Shown here piece by piece: positions 23,456 to 36,900 of a stretch of DNA of 64,000 bases. This DNA is from Lepidodermella squamata (taxonomy: Eukaryota; Animalia; Gastrotricha). Position 1 is the stretch's first letter; each line of letters begins with the position of its first letter. A program made the translations under genes and the position numbers. Location: NCBI GenBank assembly GCA_047495785.1, contig JBLDXI010000021.1, positions 2,170,001 to 2,234,000 of the forward strand. Direction: 5' to 3'. The notes under the pieces are model-generated. The model was given only the letters and a program-made list of their open reading frames with translations, was not told where the DNA came from and searched no databases.

Positions 23456-26134
23456 ATGTCAGCGGAACTTGGTAGGAGGCGGCGTCCAGCTAAAGGGGAC
23501 GGTGAAGTTCACAGCGAAGGCGAAGATGAAGTAGATGACGACGCGGAGCCTCCTGTCGAAGAAAGTGATATCGTGGCTGAAGATGATGACGGCGAGTCCG
23601 CTGCAGAAGAAGACGATGATAACACCGATGTGAAGGCCAATGGAAACAATACTCACGAGGTGCATGAAGATCTGACGGAGCAGGAGCTGCCGTCACAATC
23701 GAAAACCGAAGATTCCAGCCACGATCATGTGAAATCAAACGCCGATCTGCATGAGAGTAACGCTACTGTCGATCATGCTCAGCGCCCTCTAAATCGAGAG
23801 GATCGTAAAAATCCTGCATTTGTTCCGTAAGTTTTTTAACCGTCTGAGCGTAACAGTTTCATTATTAAATGTAATTGGCAGGCGAAGCGGGCAATTTTAT
23901 CTTCACGATACTCGTGGTGCAGAAGATGATGCTAGCCAACACGCATCTGTTGAAGAGTCAAAAGATGTCAAGGAAGACGTGGAAGAGGGCACTGATGCAT
24001 CTGCCGAGCGTAGAGGGTCGAATCAAGAAGCTGGAAAGAAAGGATTGAAAAAGAAGGAAAAAGATGTTTGGGACCATGACATGTACAGCGAGAAAGAACA
24101 GGCTCCTCTTACAGACGAAGAAATCATTCGCAAATACGGCTACAATATCCGGGAACACCCTGTTGATGCACCACCGCCTCCGCGGAATGAGAGAAATCAA
24201 GGTCGCAGCTTCAATGGCCGACAGCGAGGTGGAGGCCGCCAAGGGGGTGGAAATGAGAACTACGGTCCTCGTGGCGACCGTCGTAACAATCAGCGGATGA
24301 ATAACGACTTTTTTCAGCCAAGGCAGAATGCTCCCCCACCCGCACCTCCACCGCAACAACAACGTCGCGTCCCTCCTCCTGCCCAACCAGGTGGCATGTC
24401 GAAGACTATCACAAACGACCGATTCGTTCCGCGGCAAAACGAATCTAACGGTTATCGCGGTCGTAACGACAGAAACCAGCAACGAGGTTTTGACAGCGAT
24501 TTTCCGCCACTGAAAGGCGCTCCAGACTCCTTGCCGTCTCATAATAATAGTGCCAATAATAACAACAACGGTTGGGGTCCTAATAAGAGCGCTCGAGAGT
24601 TCGTTCGATCGGATGGCGGTCCGAATCGGGGAGGTTCCGGGAATGCTTACAATCGTAATCAACCGCAGACAAATCAGCGCGATTTACCGCCACCGCTTTT
24701 CAGTGGAAGCAAAGTTGAACGAGAGCGAGGTGATATTAATCAAAGATTAGGCCCACCCCCGAACAGGGGTGCCAACTCTGCCACAGTTAGTCGAGTAACT
24801 CAACACGATCAGCCAAAACGAGGTCCTTCAGATTTCCAGAGTCGATCTGGCCCGCAAAGTAGGCCGCAAGGTCGAAGGAATAACTTGCCCGAGTGGGCTA
24901 CGGAAGAAGCTGAGGGTAAATGGGAGCCACCGACTGAAGAGGAGCAATCGCATTTACGCCAGCCGCCGCCACCTGCACCATCGACCCAAGTGCCGCCACC
25001 CACTCGTACAGCCAATGCACCAACTAGTACTACGTTTTACAACAGAAACCTCGACAACGGCCCGCAGCAAAATCTTCGGGGCAATAACGGCCAGTCTGGA
25101 GGTCAGGCTCATCGGTATTCGTCTATGCGAAACGCCGGCGGTGATAGCTTCGGCGGTCACCAGCAGCAACAACAGCAGTCTCCTCGGCATAACCAGCCAC
25201 CTCAGCAAAATCGATATAATAACAGCAACAATAGTAATAATAGGTACGCCTCGCCTGACTTCGACGATGACGACTATGACAGCCAAGGCGAAGATGACTG
25301 GCACCAACCGCCTCCGGTTCATGCCGCGAAGCAACCGCAACGCACAACTCCGAACCGAAATGGCACAGCGCCGGCGAAGCAAACCTCCCCACAACAACGT
25401 CGGCCTACGGAACCGGCGGAAACCGCGCCATCTTCCGCGAGTAACGGCCAGTCGACCGATGCTACGGCGATCGCTGCTGCCACTATCCAGCAGCTGCTGA
25501 CGAACCCTGCCCTGCTGCAACAGTTGCTCATCGCGGCCACATCGGCTGTAACTCCCGCTGCAGGTGGAGCGCCTGCGGTTGTTCCTTCGCAAGCCGCTGC
25601 CCCACCGCCACAAGCTGCTGTCCCCCAGCAGATTTACCCACAGAGTCCGCCGCACCAACAACAGCAGCAACCACCCCACTCGCAGCCTTCGCACTCGCAA
25701 CCCGGTGCACCGATTTATCGCGCGACCATGCAGCCCGGATATTACTGGCCAACGGCAGCAACTGGTCAACCGGTTTGTTAACATGATTTAAGCTGGTCAA
25801 ATTTTGAATCGATTCTTTTTTTCAGCCTCAGCAAGCCCCGAACCAAGCAACGAATCAAACCGCTAATCTCAACGTCAACGAATTCATTAACAATATGACC
25901 CCGCAACAAGCGGCAGCGCTCCAAGCCACCGCAATGTCGATGTTCACAGGGGGATCCGCCCCACCTGGCAGCTCGAACGCGATGCCGACGTATATGACCG
26001 CGGCGCAAGGTCCTCCATCCGGCGCCTATTTCCTCCCTCCGCCCGTGCAAGTCGACTCTTCGTCGTCGGGTCCTGGGCACTACGGCACACCTCCGCAACA
26101 CTCAATCCGACACGCTCACCAACCGCACCACTAA
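23456..26134 (+). CDS. CASC3: Exon junction complex subunit CASC3/MLN51/Barentsz (exons 23456-23826, 23882-25772, 25826-26134)
   Basis: Acidic N-terminus; Btz/SELOR domain NPAFVPRSGQFYLHDTR ... WDHDMYSEKEQAP...IIRKYGYNIR; RG-, Q- and P-rich disordered tail with HRYSSMR. Confidence 0.85.
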
Positions 26135-27040
26135 TTAGCCATACGGATGCTGTGTGCGTGTCGCCTGCCTGGTCTTGTCTTGGTCTTTTATGTTAAAATA
26201 GTCGCAGCCACAGCGCCGGTTTACTTGATTGGTCTCGTTCTTTTCGAAAATCAGTGGCCAGTCTTTTGTCGTACTTTGTGATGTTCGCGTCGAGTGGCGT
26301 CGTTAACCGACTATCTCTACTTGCCTTTACTCGTCTTTTTGGCATTTAGCTAATATTCGACATAGCTTTTCTCGTCCGGCTTTTACGTCTAGTTTTTCAT
26401 TTCGCATTGGATTATACGAGTTTTCGTTTGACAATTTTCAGAATTTGAGTTTCTCGCGGGTGGTTTTCATTTTTTTCTGCAGAAATACGTACTCCCTGCG
26501 GCTGTTCTCACTCTGAATTATTACGGACTTGGGTTCGCTTGTGTGCCGTTCAATTGTTGTTATCTCTATATTTGCGGTATGTGAAAAATCGTTTCTAAAA
26601 GAAATCACTTCGTGTTGTTCATTTGTGAAAGCTCTCTTTCTATTGCGAAGCAAAAGAAAACCGCAGCATTAATATGCCCCAATGAAGTTCAAGTTGTCTT
26701 CATGAAAGACCCAAACCAATTATCATCAAAATCGTAAATGAAGTTGTTTGGCACATTTATTGTGAAAAATCGATTGTATAAATGACATTCATCATTTCAA
26801 TCATTGTATGCATATTGAAATGCAATAAAATTATTGAAACATGGTTCATCAAGTGGAGTTTTGAGAAAAATCACCATGGCTCGATCGATTTCCTATTTAT
26901 TTAAGCTTATCAAAAACTTCCAGGTCAGTGAACGGAGAAATTCGAGATAATCTGATCCATCAGAGATTCTCATAAATTTTCAATTCAGATACAGTCGATT
27001 TTCGTCATTTGCAGATGCAGAATAAAAATATATAGACCGC

Positions 27041-30000
27041 TTAATATCGTCCGAATTGGTTCCACCGGCAGAAGAAAATGTTGGAAAACGCACGCCGAAA
27101 CTCCTCGTTGAAGATTGTATAGATAACTGGATTGACTGCTGAGTTGACATAACTGAAAAATGAGATCGTAACTATTATAGTTTCCAAACAGCCTCAAGTC
27201 ACTCAATTTTTGTTACTAGAAGTTTTCGAGGCTTAAGTTGAAAGGCTGCCAATTTTTCGTTTCCCCAAAATTTCCAAGCTCGATCGAAATCTTTTTATCT
27301 AACGATTATCGTTTTGACCAAGGTAATCATGGGTTTGACACTTCCAATTTACCTAAAAATCAACTACCCTCGTTTCAGACTAATAACAAGGTATTTTTAT
27401 TGGGCGGGCCAAGACTAGCCTAAGGAATCCCTTTCTTTAGCGCCACCCATCTTGGCCACTCCCAAAGCCAAATACTTATCAAATAATGTGACAAATGTGA
27501 TTCAACGACCCTGCTAATTACTTGGCTTTGTCTCAAAGAGGGTCTAACCATGCTTCAAGGCCGTCGGAGCAGGAGTTCGGGATATGGGAGTGGAGGAGTA
27601 CAACTAAAGCTGGAGTAAAGCTATACTCTGTATAGCCTGGAGTACTCCTTTACTCCAGCAATTATTGACAGTTTTTAACTTAGTTATAGGTTTTAGGTGA
27701 TAAAAGATTCACCTCTGATAAATCATATACCTTAATAAGACCGATTAAAAAGTTATGACTAAATTATTAGTTCGCGTAAATGAGTCAAATAAAACTCACC
27801 CAAGCCACACAGCGGCTTCGAAGAGAGGACTCGGAATAGTTCCAGGTTCGACGACTTTGGTCAACGGGAAAATAGTGAAAAACGGAAGCCAACACACAAT
27901 GAAAGTGACCGTGACGATAATAAGCACAACCGCAGCTTTGCGCTCGCGCTGCTTGGCACGACGCTTTCTTTCGATTCGAACTGCATGAATTGTTTGATCA
28001 TAGTCATGGGCAACCTTAGTTGTCGCTTTGCCTACGACACTCTGACGGCTGCCGCTGAACAGAGCGACGTTATGAAGGACACTTGTAATGAGATTTTTAG
28101 CAGCGATCTGCGACTGTGACACAGTCCGATCACTCTCATTCAGCAATGAATCCGTTCCAGTGTCAAAACTCAAATTCGAGCGCCTTTTTTTCGAGTCTTT
28201 GCTGTTACGGCAACTGACAGATCGCTTCACGTTGCCATTTTTTACGCGTAAAGTTTTTTGCTTTGTCGGTGAAAGCTGCGCAAAGTTGGAGCAAGAGTTT
28301 GAAGCTATGCCGTTATGCGATATTGTTGCTTGCGGTGATACAATTTCTGCTAAATTAGGAGTCGTAGGTTCGTTCAAATTTGAAGCCACTGTAGCGCCCA
28401 GTTCGTTGTTATTACACGAACTATTCCCGCCACTGCTTGAGGTAGTATTATTGTTGACGTCTTTATTGTCTCTTTCGTCGTCGGAGGGCATGATCTTGCT
28501 TGGCGTCCGGTTGTTCTCTACGATTGTCGATGAAGGTGGCGCATCTGCATTTGTGGTAGCCGGATCGACAGTCACGAAGGTGCCGGAGAAGGCTGTTGAA
28601 TGTCGAACTGGCATGGCTGCCGGGATCACAGCTCGCAACATAAGCGCGGCAGGGTTACTGGCATGCATACGTTTGATCGCCGCTGGAAAGGCAAGAATTT
28701 TGAATTATTTTGACTTTAATTAACCAAATAATGCGGCTAAAGCGGAAACGCTATTTAGAGACAGTGATCATTTCGGAATTCTCATGCATTTTCGCTATGA
28801 AAGTGATTATTTCACAATTTTCTGCGTCGAATAGCGTGGAAAATTCAAGCTACTCCCAAGTTCGCTGAGTTTTTCCATCAATACACTGTATCAATCATTT
28901 TTTAAACCTTAGAATACTCCGATTTTCAGCAGTTTTTTTTTATAGTTTAGGCCGACTAAGGCCAACATGCAATGGTTGCAACATTAAGCAGTTTTCTACG
29001 TCGCCTTCTTATAAAGACAGGCCTTGAAAAACTTGGTGAAAAGCGAGGTCATTTTTTTTAGCTCTAGCGTGGACTACAGTTCGCACTCACTCCGCAAGGC
29101 CAGCACTCGAGCGCGTTCGCGCTCTTCTTCAGCTCTCATAATTCCTATTTTGAAGTTAAGGTTTTTTCAAGAGTTGGCCATTTGAGACAAAAAATTGCAA
29201 TAAAAATGTGCGCGTCACATGATACTGACCTTTGGCGGTCCGTTGAGCAATCCAGAATGTTAGCACATTCATGACAATCTACATGGGAAAACGGACAATT
29301 AGAACAGGAAATAATGAAAAATGGGTCATTTTTACCGTTATAACAAGTGGTATGTAGAAAGACATGAGCGCGGAGGCGAAAGTATAAAACTTGTCGTTGA
29401 TGAGCGTACAATGATACAAATTCATCGTTCCGCTGTCGTCAGCATCAGCGAACGCTACGATTTCCGCCGGCGATGACGGCACAATGCTCATCTCGGCATC
29501 GGCAGGTGATAACGAGGACGGGGAAGAAATAGGCGAAGAAGCAGAAGAGTAGGCAGCAGCTTTTTGACTCACAAACGGCCGGCACGGCTTCGAGGTCGCA
29601 CTGATGTCGACGTAGTCACCTTCGTCACCAGGCGGGAACAACCAGTCGAATGGCGTTGGCGCGATGCAATCTACATCGCCGACGTCTTCGACCGCTTGCA
29701 GCACTTTGTTGTTTCCCCGAGGCCGGTCAGGCAGAGTTACTACGGTCGGCTGAGTGAAAAACACGGTGACGGGCGATGCCGAATCTATGTAACCTTCGCC
29801 TTGATTTAATTTCGCCAACACTGTCATCTGTTGCTCTAAAACTTGCTGTTGCTGGTCTCCTGCTGGCAGTTGATCGAGAATGTAAAATGGCGAAATGAAA
29901 AATGCGGGCTCAGCCGGGTCTGTTTGCCCCTCCATTGAGTTCGGCTCATCCTCTTCAACCGCGCCTGGCAAGTAATAGTTTCCGAGATACTGAAGGTCGA

Positions 30001-30628
30001 ATTTCGAAGGTAAAGCCGATGGTAAGCAAATGACAAGCGAAAGTAACCAGACTACGATGATCATGATGCGCATATTTCTCGCTCGGAGGTGTCGCGTGTA
30101 ATCGATGCGAAGCGACCAGAATCGATCCATCGAAATTGCGCACAGGTGAAGAATCGAAGCAGTGCATAGCGCGACGTCAAGGCAGCGGTACAGGATGCAA
30201 AGAATCGGCGGCAATGGCCAGTACTCATAGATAATCTGGAGCAGCGCCATCGGCAGCACGAAAATGCCTACCAGCGCATCCGCGAGGGCCATTGAGAATA
30301 GAAACGAGCTCTGAGACAACGCGAGGATGGTTCGGTCGAGGCGCACGGCGAACATGACCATACCATTACCGACGACTATGACTAGAATAAGAGCGATGAT
30401 GCCTACGATTTTGAGCACGAGGTCTGTTGTAAACACAATTCGTCGCTCTTCATCGTCGGGCGTGATCAGCAGTGGCGCGGTCAGTGACGGATGCAGCAGC
30501 AGGTCGGCGACGGTCACGGTCTGCGACAGGTCGCTCGAAGCATTTCCGAAGCCTGTCGCCATCTCGGCGCCAAAGCCATCGTCGCCGTAGATGGGCCCGT
30601 AGTCGTCACCGTTCCTGTTGGGCGACAT
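27041..30628 (-). CDS. Class A aminergic GPCR, alpha2-adrenergic/octopamine-tyramine-like (exons 30628-29336, 29278-29230, 29144-29091, 28682-27800, 27152-27041)
   Basis: GN..V (TM1), LADALVG..VLP (TM2), [21 protein letters not shown] (D3.32), SFYIP (TM5), [15 protein letters not shown] (TM6), [25 protein letters not shown] (TM7/H8); all joins keep frame. Confidence 0.9.
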
Positions 30629-33600
30629 ACTCTCGGCAGATCACGACGGCTCCTTCGCGCGATGCTTTTCCATGTTATCAATCAATGAGAGAAGGGTCGA
30701 GGCGATAAAAAATTACGCTATATATAAGGGTGCTAATAAACAAATTGAAGATCCATTATAAAATTCAAATTTATATGTAAATTGGTATAGTTTATATGTA
30801 TGTAATAGTTGTGGGGGTGGAAACGGTAAATAATAACACAATGGGTCACGTACTACGGCACTACAAGGATGTATCGTAGGCATCTCGCTTGTTGCTCAGC
30901 ACTCGGAGACACATCGGAGTCCGCGATTGCGATGTGTTTGGTATTAATAATATCTAAAAAAAAATTCACGTCGCCTTGTGATAATAAAATAATGCTAAAA
31001 TACAGCAATAAGTATGCATTGCACGGCTTTCTTTCATTCGGCATCACGTCGTATAATATCAATATCGTATCTGCCGCAGCGTGTCGTATCGCGCAGAAAA
31101 CTCGGCTCTGGCGCGCAAGGGAGCAACAAAAACGAGCGTGACGCTTTGAGACGCGCGCAGCGATCTCGGACACATGTCAGACGACAAAGCTATTACCCAG
31201 CTATTATACATGGCACGCACTCTTGGCGGTAGCTAACCGTCAAAAATCAAAATGGCGAATTCTAATGTATAAAACGTAAAAAAAAAGAGTCATCAGTCGA
31301 AAAAATCAATCTAACGCCGGATGCAATCACTTTCACTTGAAGTGGGCACTGTGTATTAATAAGACTCACACGCGGACAGTAAAATTCATTGCACGTAAAA
31401 AGTTGGAAAAACGTGCCGCGATCTATCAATTATTTTAGTTCAAAATCCCCATGGTGCCAATGCAATTCATGTCATAATTATTATTATTATTATCACTATT
31501 ATTATCATTAGCGTTTAAAACAATAGACGTAGGACATCATAGTTCGTCGCGCGAGAAATGACGCCCCATGACACCGAATTAATATCGCGCCAAAAACGAT
31601 TTAATAGCGATTGGCCGTCTCGCAATTAAAGCGCCAACTAAAGTCCCCTTGGAATCTTTTAGTAATAAGAGTTTTGCAATCGCCTTTTTAGCTTATGTAG
31701 CCCATACCACGTGTTCAACAAAATGGTAAAAGCTGTGCGAGGAAGATTTTGAAAAAGTTCAAATTACTGTAGAATAATGTTTTGAATATATTGGAATGTA
31801 AACTCGAAATTATTGCGCCGTCTGATTTTGTCTTTCTGAACCATGCATATAATAACTGGCAGCGATAGTAACGCCCTCAGCAGCGCGACCCTCATTTCTT
31901 CGGCACATTCACTTCCTTACAAAATAACGAGTCATTGATAGAAAAATCTGGGGAAAATCGATTATGAATAACTTGTAGGAAGTGCTTCTATCCAGCCGGC
32001 GTGGCCTAGCTCACTCCGTAATAACAACAGAGCAAAGGAAATCAAATAAACAGCTAATGAGAAGAATGTTGGTTATAATATGCTAACGTGTGTGTGGAAT
32101 CGTCGAAAAAAGCTGATTCGTTCTGTTTTAAGCATGGCAATAAATCGTTGTTTTCCTTTAATTAGGCGCGAATAAAGGTAGCGAATTAGCGTAAATCTTT
32201 GTGAAATACAATTACACGAGTAAATAAAGGGTGCGGGGCGGCTCATAAAATATTATTTATCGACCAATAATTGCGTCAACCGGACGCAGTGTTGCTATCG
32301 ATACGTATGCTGATAGCCGAAACGGCGCGTGATCGGCTTGTTTTGACAGCACCAACATCGGTAGGATTACAAGGCGCCAAAATTGCTGCGATCGCGCAAT
32401 GGATATCGTCTGGTTGTTTCCTAGTGAGATTTAAAAAAATTCGGTTTTTATGTCAATCAGGTAAAAGGTTTGGCAGCGGTAAACCTGAAAAAATGAGAAA
32501 CATAAATGCACGGCGAAGCAAAACCAGCTGATGAATAATTTTAACGCTCGAAAACTTGATTTTATTACAAATAGCGCGCATCAAACGCTGATTTTTCGTA
32601 TAATGGTGATAATAAATATGTTTTATCGTAAATTTGAATAGCATTAATAATATTCGAATCGCTTTTTCAGATATTGGCTGTGATATCGCATGTGCGACGT
32701 CAGACCTGAAATGAAGGCTCATCATCGTCGTCATCATCATACAAAACGCACAGGAAGAAGATGAAGAAAAAAACGAGAATTATTTACAACAAAGAATTGC
32801 GGTTGCATTATTAAAATTTTACAATTTTTTTGATTTGCAGCGCATGCTTGTGCAACGCATGTTGATGATCGGTAGGGGTAGTGAGATTAGGCTGTAATAA
32901 CGGAATAACAACGCCAATGCGTAAAATCGAAATATTGCCGTTATAGTCTATTGACAGCGCCGCAAATTCGCTAAATTAAGGCGCATGCACACCTACGTGG
33001 TCGACGCATTAGTGACGGTAAAACAACAAACATCATCAGATGAACGTGCGCCGTTGAAACTAACAACTATACTACACGGCACCAATTCGTCGCGAGTACA
33101 GCAGGCTGAAGTAAATAGAAACATCGTGATTATTCTTTCTGTTAGTCGGGGCGAGGCGCAGAAAATGAAACTCGGTTTCCATGGGCAATTTTTTCAACAA
33201 CATCGCATCGAATAAGTAGGGCTATTGTGTTAACCTGAGAAAGTTTTCAAGAATTCGAGTATGCGATAATAATTCGCTATAACGGAAAATGGCCACCTGA
33301 CAGCCGCCGCCAAATCGCTAGAACAAAAAATTACGAGTTTTCCGCACAAAAATACAGGAAGAAAGCCGTGACAAGTGGCTGCGATAGAAAAATAGGTAAG
33401 CACAGTATATTCGACGCCGGCACCATCATCATACATATTCGGGGCATTGCAGCTGCGATATATCGATCAATTTTTGTATGGAGTCCTCACGTCTTGGATT
33501 GAAATACGAATTAGCGATAGGTAACTGTTGAAAGGGGGTTCTCAGAACGGAAAATTAGTCCCTAAGCTCAGTGCATGAGAGGTTTTCGGGATTGAACAAG

Positions 33601-33979
33601 TAAGGATATTATTAATACGCAGCCAACAGGATATGCCACGCAAATTGCCAATTTAGACTAAAATTGAAAAAACCTTCACACCTGAAATAAAAGAATTCTC
33701 TGCTAAAATGTCTGCGATTAAAGGCTATGCGCAAAGGAGAATATAACGTTGTCAGCCGTCCAAATAGAGCACCTTATACTTGGCAAAATATCGCTCATCA
33801 TTTTTTACAGAACAAAATCAGGAAACATAGATTTGAAGCAATCATGGTCTTTGGTTATGAGGTGTCGCATTTACAGCAATTTTTTTACAGAAAAGATGAG
33901 ATCACACTTGCGCAATCGTATGCTTTTTTGGTAGTAAGATCAACACACCAGACAACAATAAAATCATCGAGTTTTAATG

Positions 33980-36900
33980 TCAATTGTCCCAAAATGAGAC
34001 ACGCCGTAGCCGTTTAGTTTGCGCGTTACACTTGACGCAGCCGCACTTTTTGACAACAGGCACCTGCTTCGTGTAAGACTTGCCGTCGGGGCATATCAAC
34101 CGCACGCGGCGCGTCTTGATTTTGATCGGCTTGCAGCACGCATTGCCGCAAGACCCACCGCAAACACGTTGCCGGATAGGTTTCCGCGACTTGCAGCCGT
34201 TTTCGTCGATAAATGGCTTCGATTCATCGCGAGCCAGGCAGGTTGGTGCGTTCTCGCATTCGCGGCCAGAATAGCCAACCTTGAAAACAAATTCAGTCAA
34301 ATTCAGTAGTTGATAGGATTCCGAAAACAATACCTTGCAACTGCAAACGAAAGACGAGCCATTCCTGGCTGCTACACACTGCCCGTGGCCTGAGCAGGGC
34401 ACGACGCTGCTCGCCGAATTCGAAGCAGCGCCAGTCGGTCTGTTGCACGAATGGCGCCGCGAATCGCTCATCAACAAGCTGGGGGCACTTATCGACGCGA
34501 AATCCGGCGCATCGCCTTCGTTGATCATCATTAGGCCAGCGTTGGCCGGCGCATCGACGCCGCCGCCCATGGCGCAACCGGGTTGAAGATGGTGCCTTTC
34601 AGCGACGTGGCGCAAATTCTCGAAATCAACCAGCTCGCCGTTGACGTACAACTTGGCGATGCAGCCGTCGAACGACGAAGCGTCGCGGATGCGGAATGCC
34701 GCCGCCTCCTTAACGCCACGGTCTCGCGGCAAGCCTCCGATGAAAAGCGGTTCATCCGGTCGAACGTTCATCTTTTCGTTGGGGCCATCATTGCGGACAG
34801 TGTGCAGCAAGCCGTCATCAACTCGGATGGTCATGCTGCGGTCGATTATTGTAACTTCAAGAGTGTGGTGCACTCCATCAGCGACCTGCAGGTAACTGAA
34901 CCCAGTCGACATTTGGTGGTTGCCGATGAAGAAGGACGCTTTCGCATAACCCTCGAAAATCTCGACTGAAAAGAAGTGATCAGCTTCACCAGCGAATAAC
35001 AAGACACCCTTATTCTGCCGTGTCAAAATGACGATTGTGAGGTTGAGAGAGGTAGTTAACGTTGGCATGGGTAGACGAGCGTATGAGCCGTCTCGTGATG
35101 AAAAACCAGCCATATGGACACGTTCGCAGTGCCGACCGGTGTAGCCGGCTGGGCAGTCGCAAATGAAGCCGGTCGAGGAATTCGGCTTCTCGACGCATCG
35201 GCCTGCGTTGCGGCAAGAGTTGGGCTTGCAAATACTGCCAGAGTTGACCTTGCCGAGTCTGTAAAGATTCGCCTCGGGCTGGATGTTCTCGCAAAAGTCA
35301 CCGCCGAAGCCGTCGAGGCAGCGGCACGAAAAGCGGCTAGTCACCGCATCGACGAGTGAGCAAGCGCCGTTGTTCGCGCACTGCTTGTCGCGGCAATCGA
35401 CAACCGCATTCGAGCAGTTGCGACCAGCAAATCCGGACGGGCATAAACAGCGGTAATCGGTGAAGTCGTCGATACAAGTCGCCCCGTTCTGACACGGATC
35501 AGCGCCTGGCGAGCAGAATTCGACCTTTTTCTGGCACAAATCGCCCGTGAAGCCTGGAATGCAAACGCATTCATAGGCATTGACTTGATCGCGGCATGTT
35601 GCGCCGTTTTCGCATTTGTTATTCGCGCAGTCGTCAATGTTAGTTTCACACCGGTCACCCTCGAAACCAGGCGGGCATGTGCAGGAGAATTTACCGAACT
35701 CGTCCAGTACGCGGCATGACGCGCCGTTCAAGCACGGGCGGGCGTAGCATGCATCGATCTTGACCTCACAATTTTTGCCCTGGAAACCGGGTTGGCACTC
35801 GCACGTGTAATCAGGATAACCTCGACTTCCGGATAGGCATTTTCCAACATTGTTGCACGTAACACTACGACATGGATCGCATTTGCTGGCGATTTCCGGC
35901 GGAGGGGACGAGCCTGAGCACACGAAATGCGAACTTTCCGCAGTGAGTAGCAGTTTTCCGGCTTGAGTGGAGGGCCCACTGCAGGTCGCAATGCCACTTT
36001 CGATGAAACTCTTTTTCACCGTTTCCGATAGCCACTTCAAATTGCAATCGCAGTACAACCTAATTTTAGAAAAAAAGCCAATTTTACAACGGAAATTCTT
36101 CAAACATTTGCACTTACGGATTCTGGCCAAGGCCGAGAAGTTGAAGCCGAGGAACAGGGTCAAACAGACCCATAGGTAGGGTTGAAACATTTCCACCGTG
36201 AAGCAACAGCAACCGTAAGTTGTCAAGGCCGGCAAAAGCGTTGACGTGAATGCACTGAATCGGGTTGAAATTGAGTATCAAAGAGTCGAGTTGCATTCGA
36301 CCCGCCGAAATCGACGCTGTCTCGATAATTTCAATGTCATTCGAATCGCGAGACGGCCCCAACAAACCGCTGTCGCCAAGGTAGACAATGTGGTTATAAC
36401 TCAAATCTAGCCGTTTCAGCGACTTGAGATAAGCAAGCGATGCGAAATCGATTGCAGTGATGTTGTTGTGATCCAGGTACAAATCTGTCGTGTCTGTTGG
36501 CAAATTGGCGGGAATCGTCAATAATCCTTGCGCCGTGCATCGAACAATCGAGTTTTCGCACAGACATTGAGCCGGGCATTGAGCAGCTGGAGCGTCGCAC
36601 ATCACTTCAGATACGGAAATTGTCGCCTCTCGACTCATCTCTCCCGAATTCCTTAGTTCGTCCCCGCTTCTAACTAAATCAGCGGGGCAACAAAGGTTGT
36701 CGGAGTTAGCCGAAGACTTCCCACTACCACCACCCCGGCAGCTGGTTGATCTCTCCTCGCGGCATTTCAACTGGTCCGGTTGCAGCAAAGTTACGTCGAG
36801 TAACGTCGTGGATTGGGGAGCTAAGCATTGGCCTGAAAAGTTGCCGAGCTTCAGCGCCGGGACAGTTTGCAGCCAAGTGACGAATTCCTTCATATTGCAA

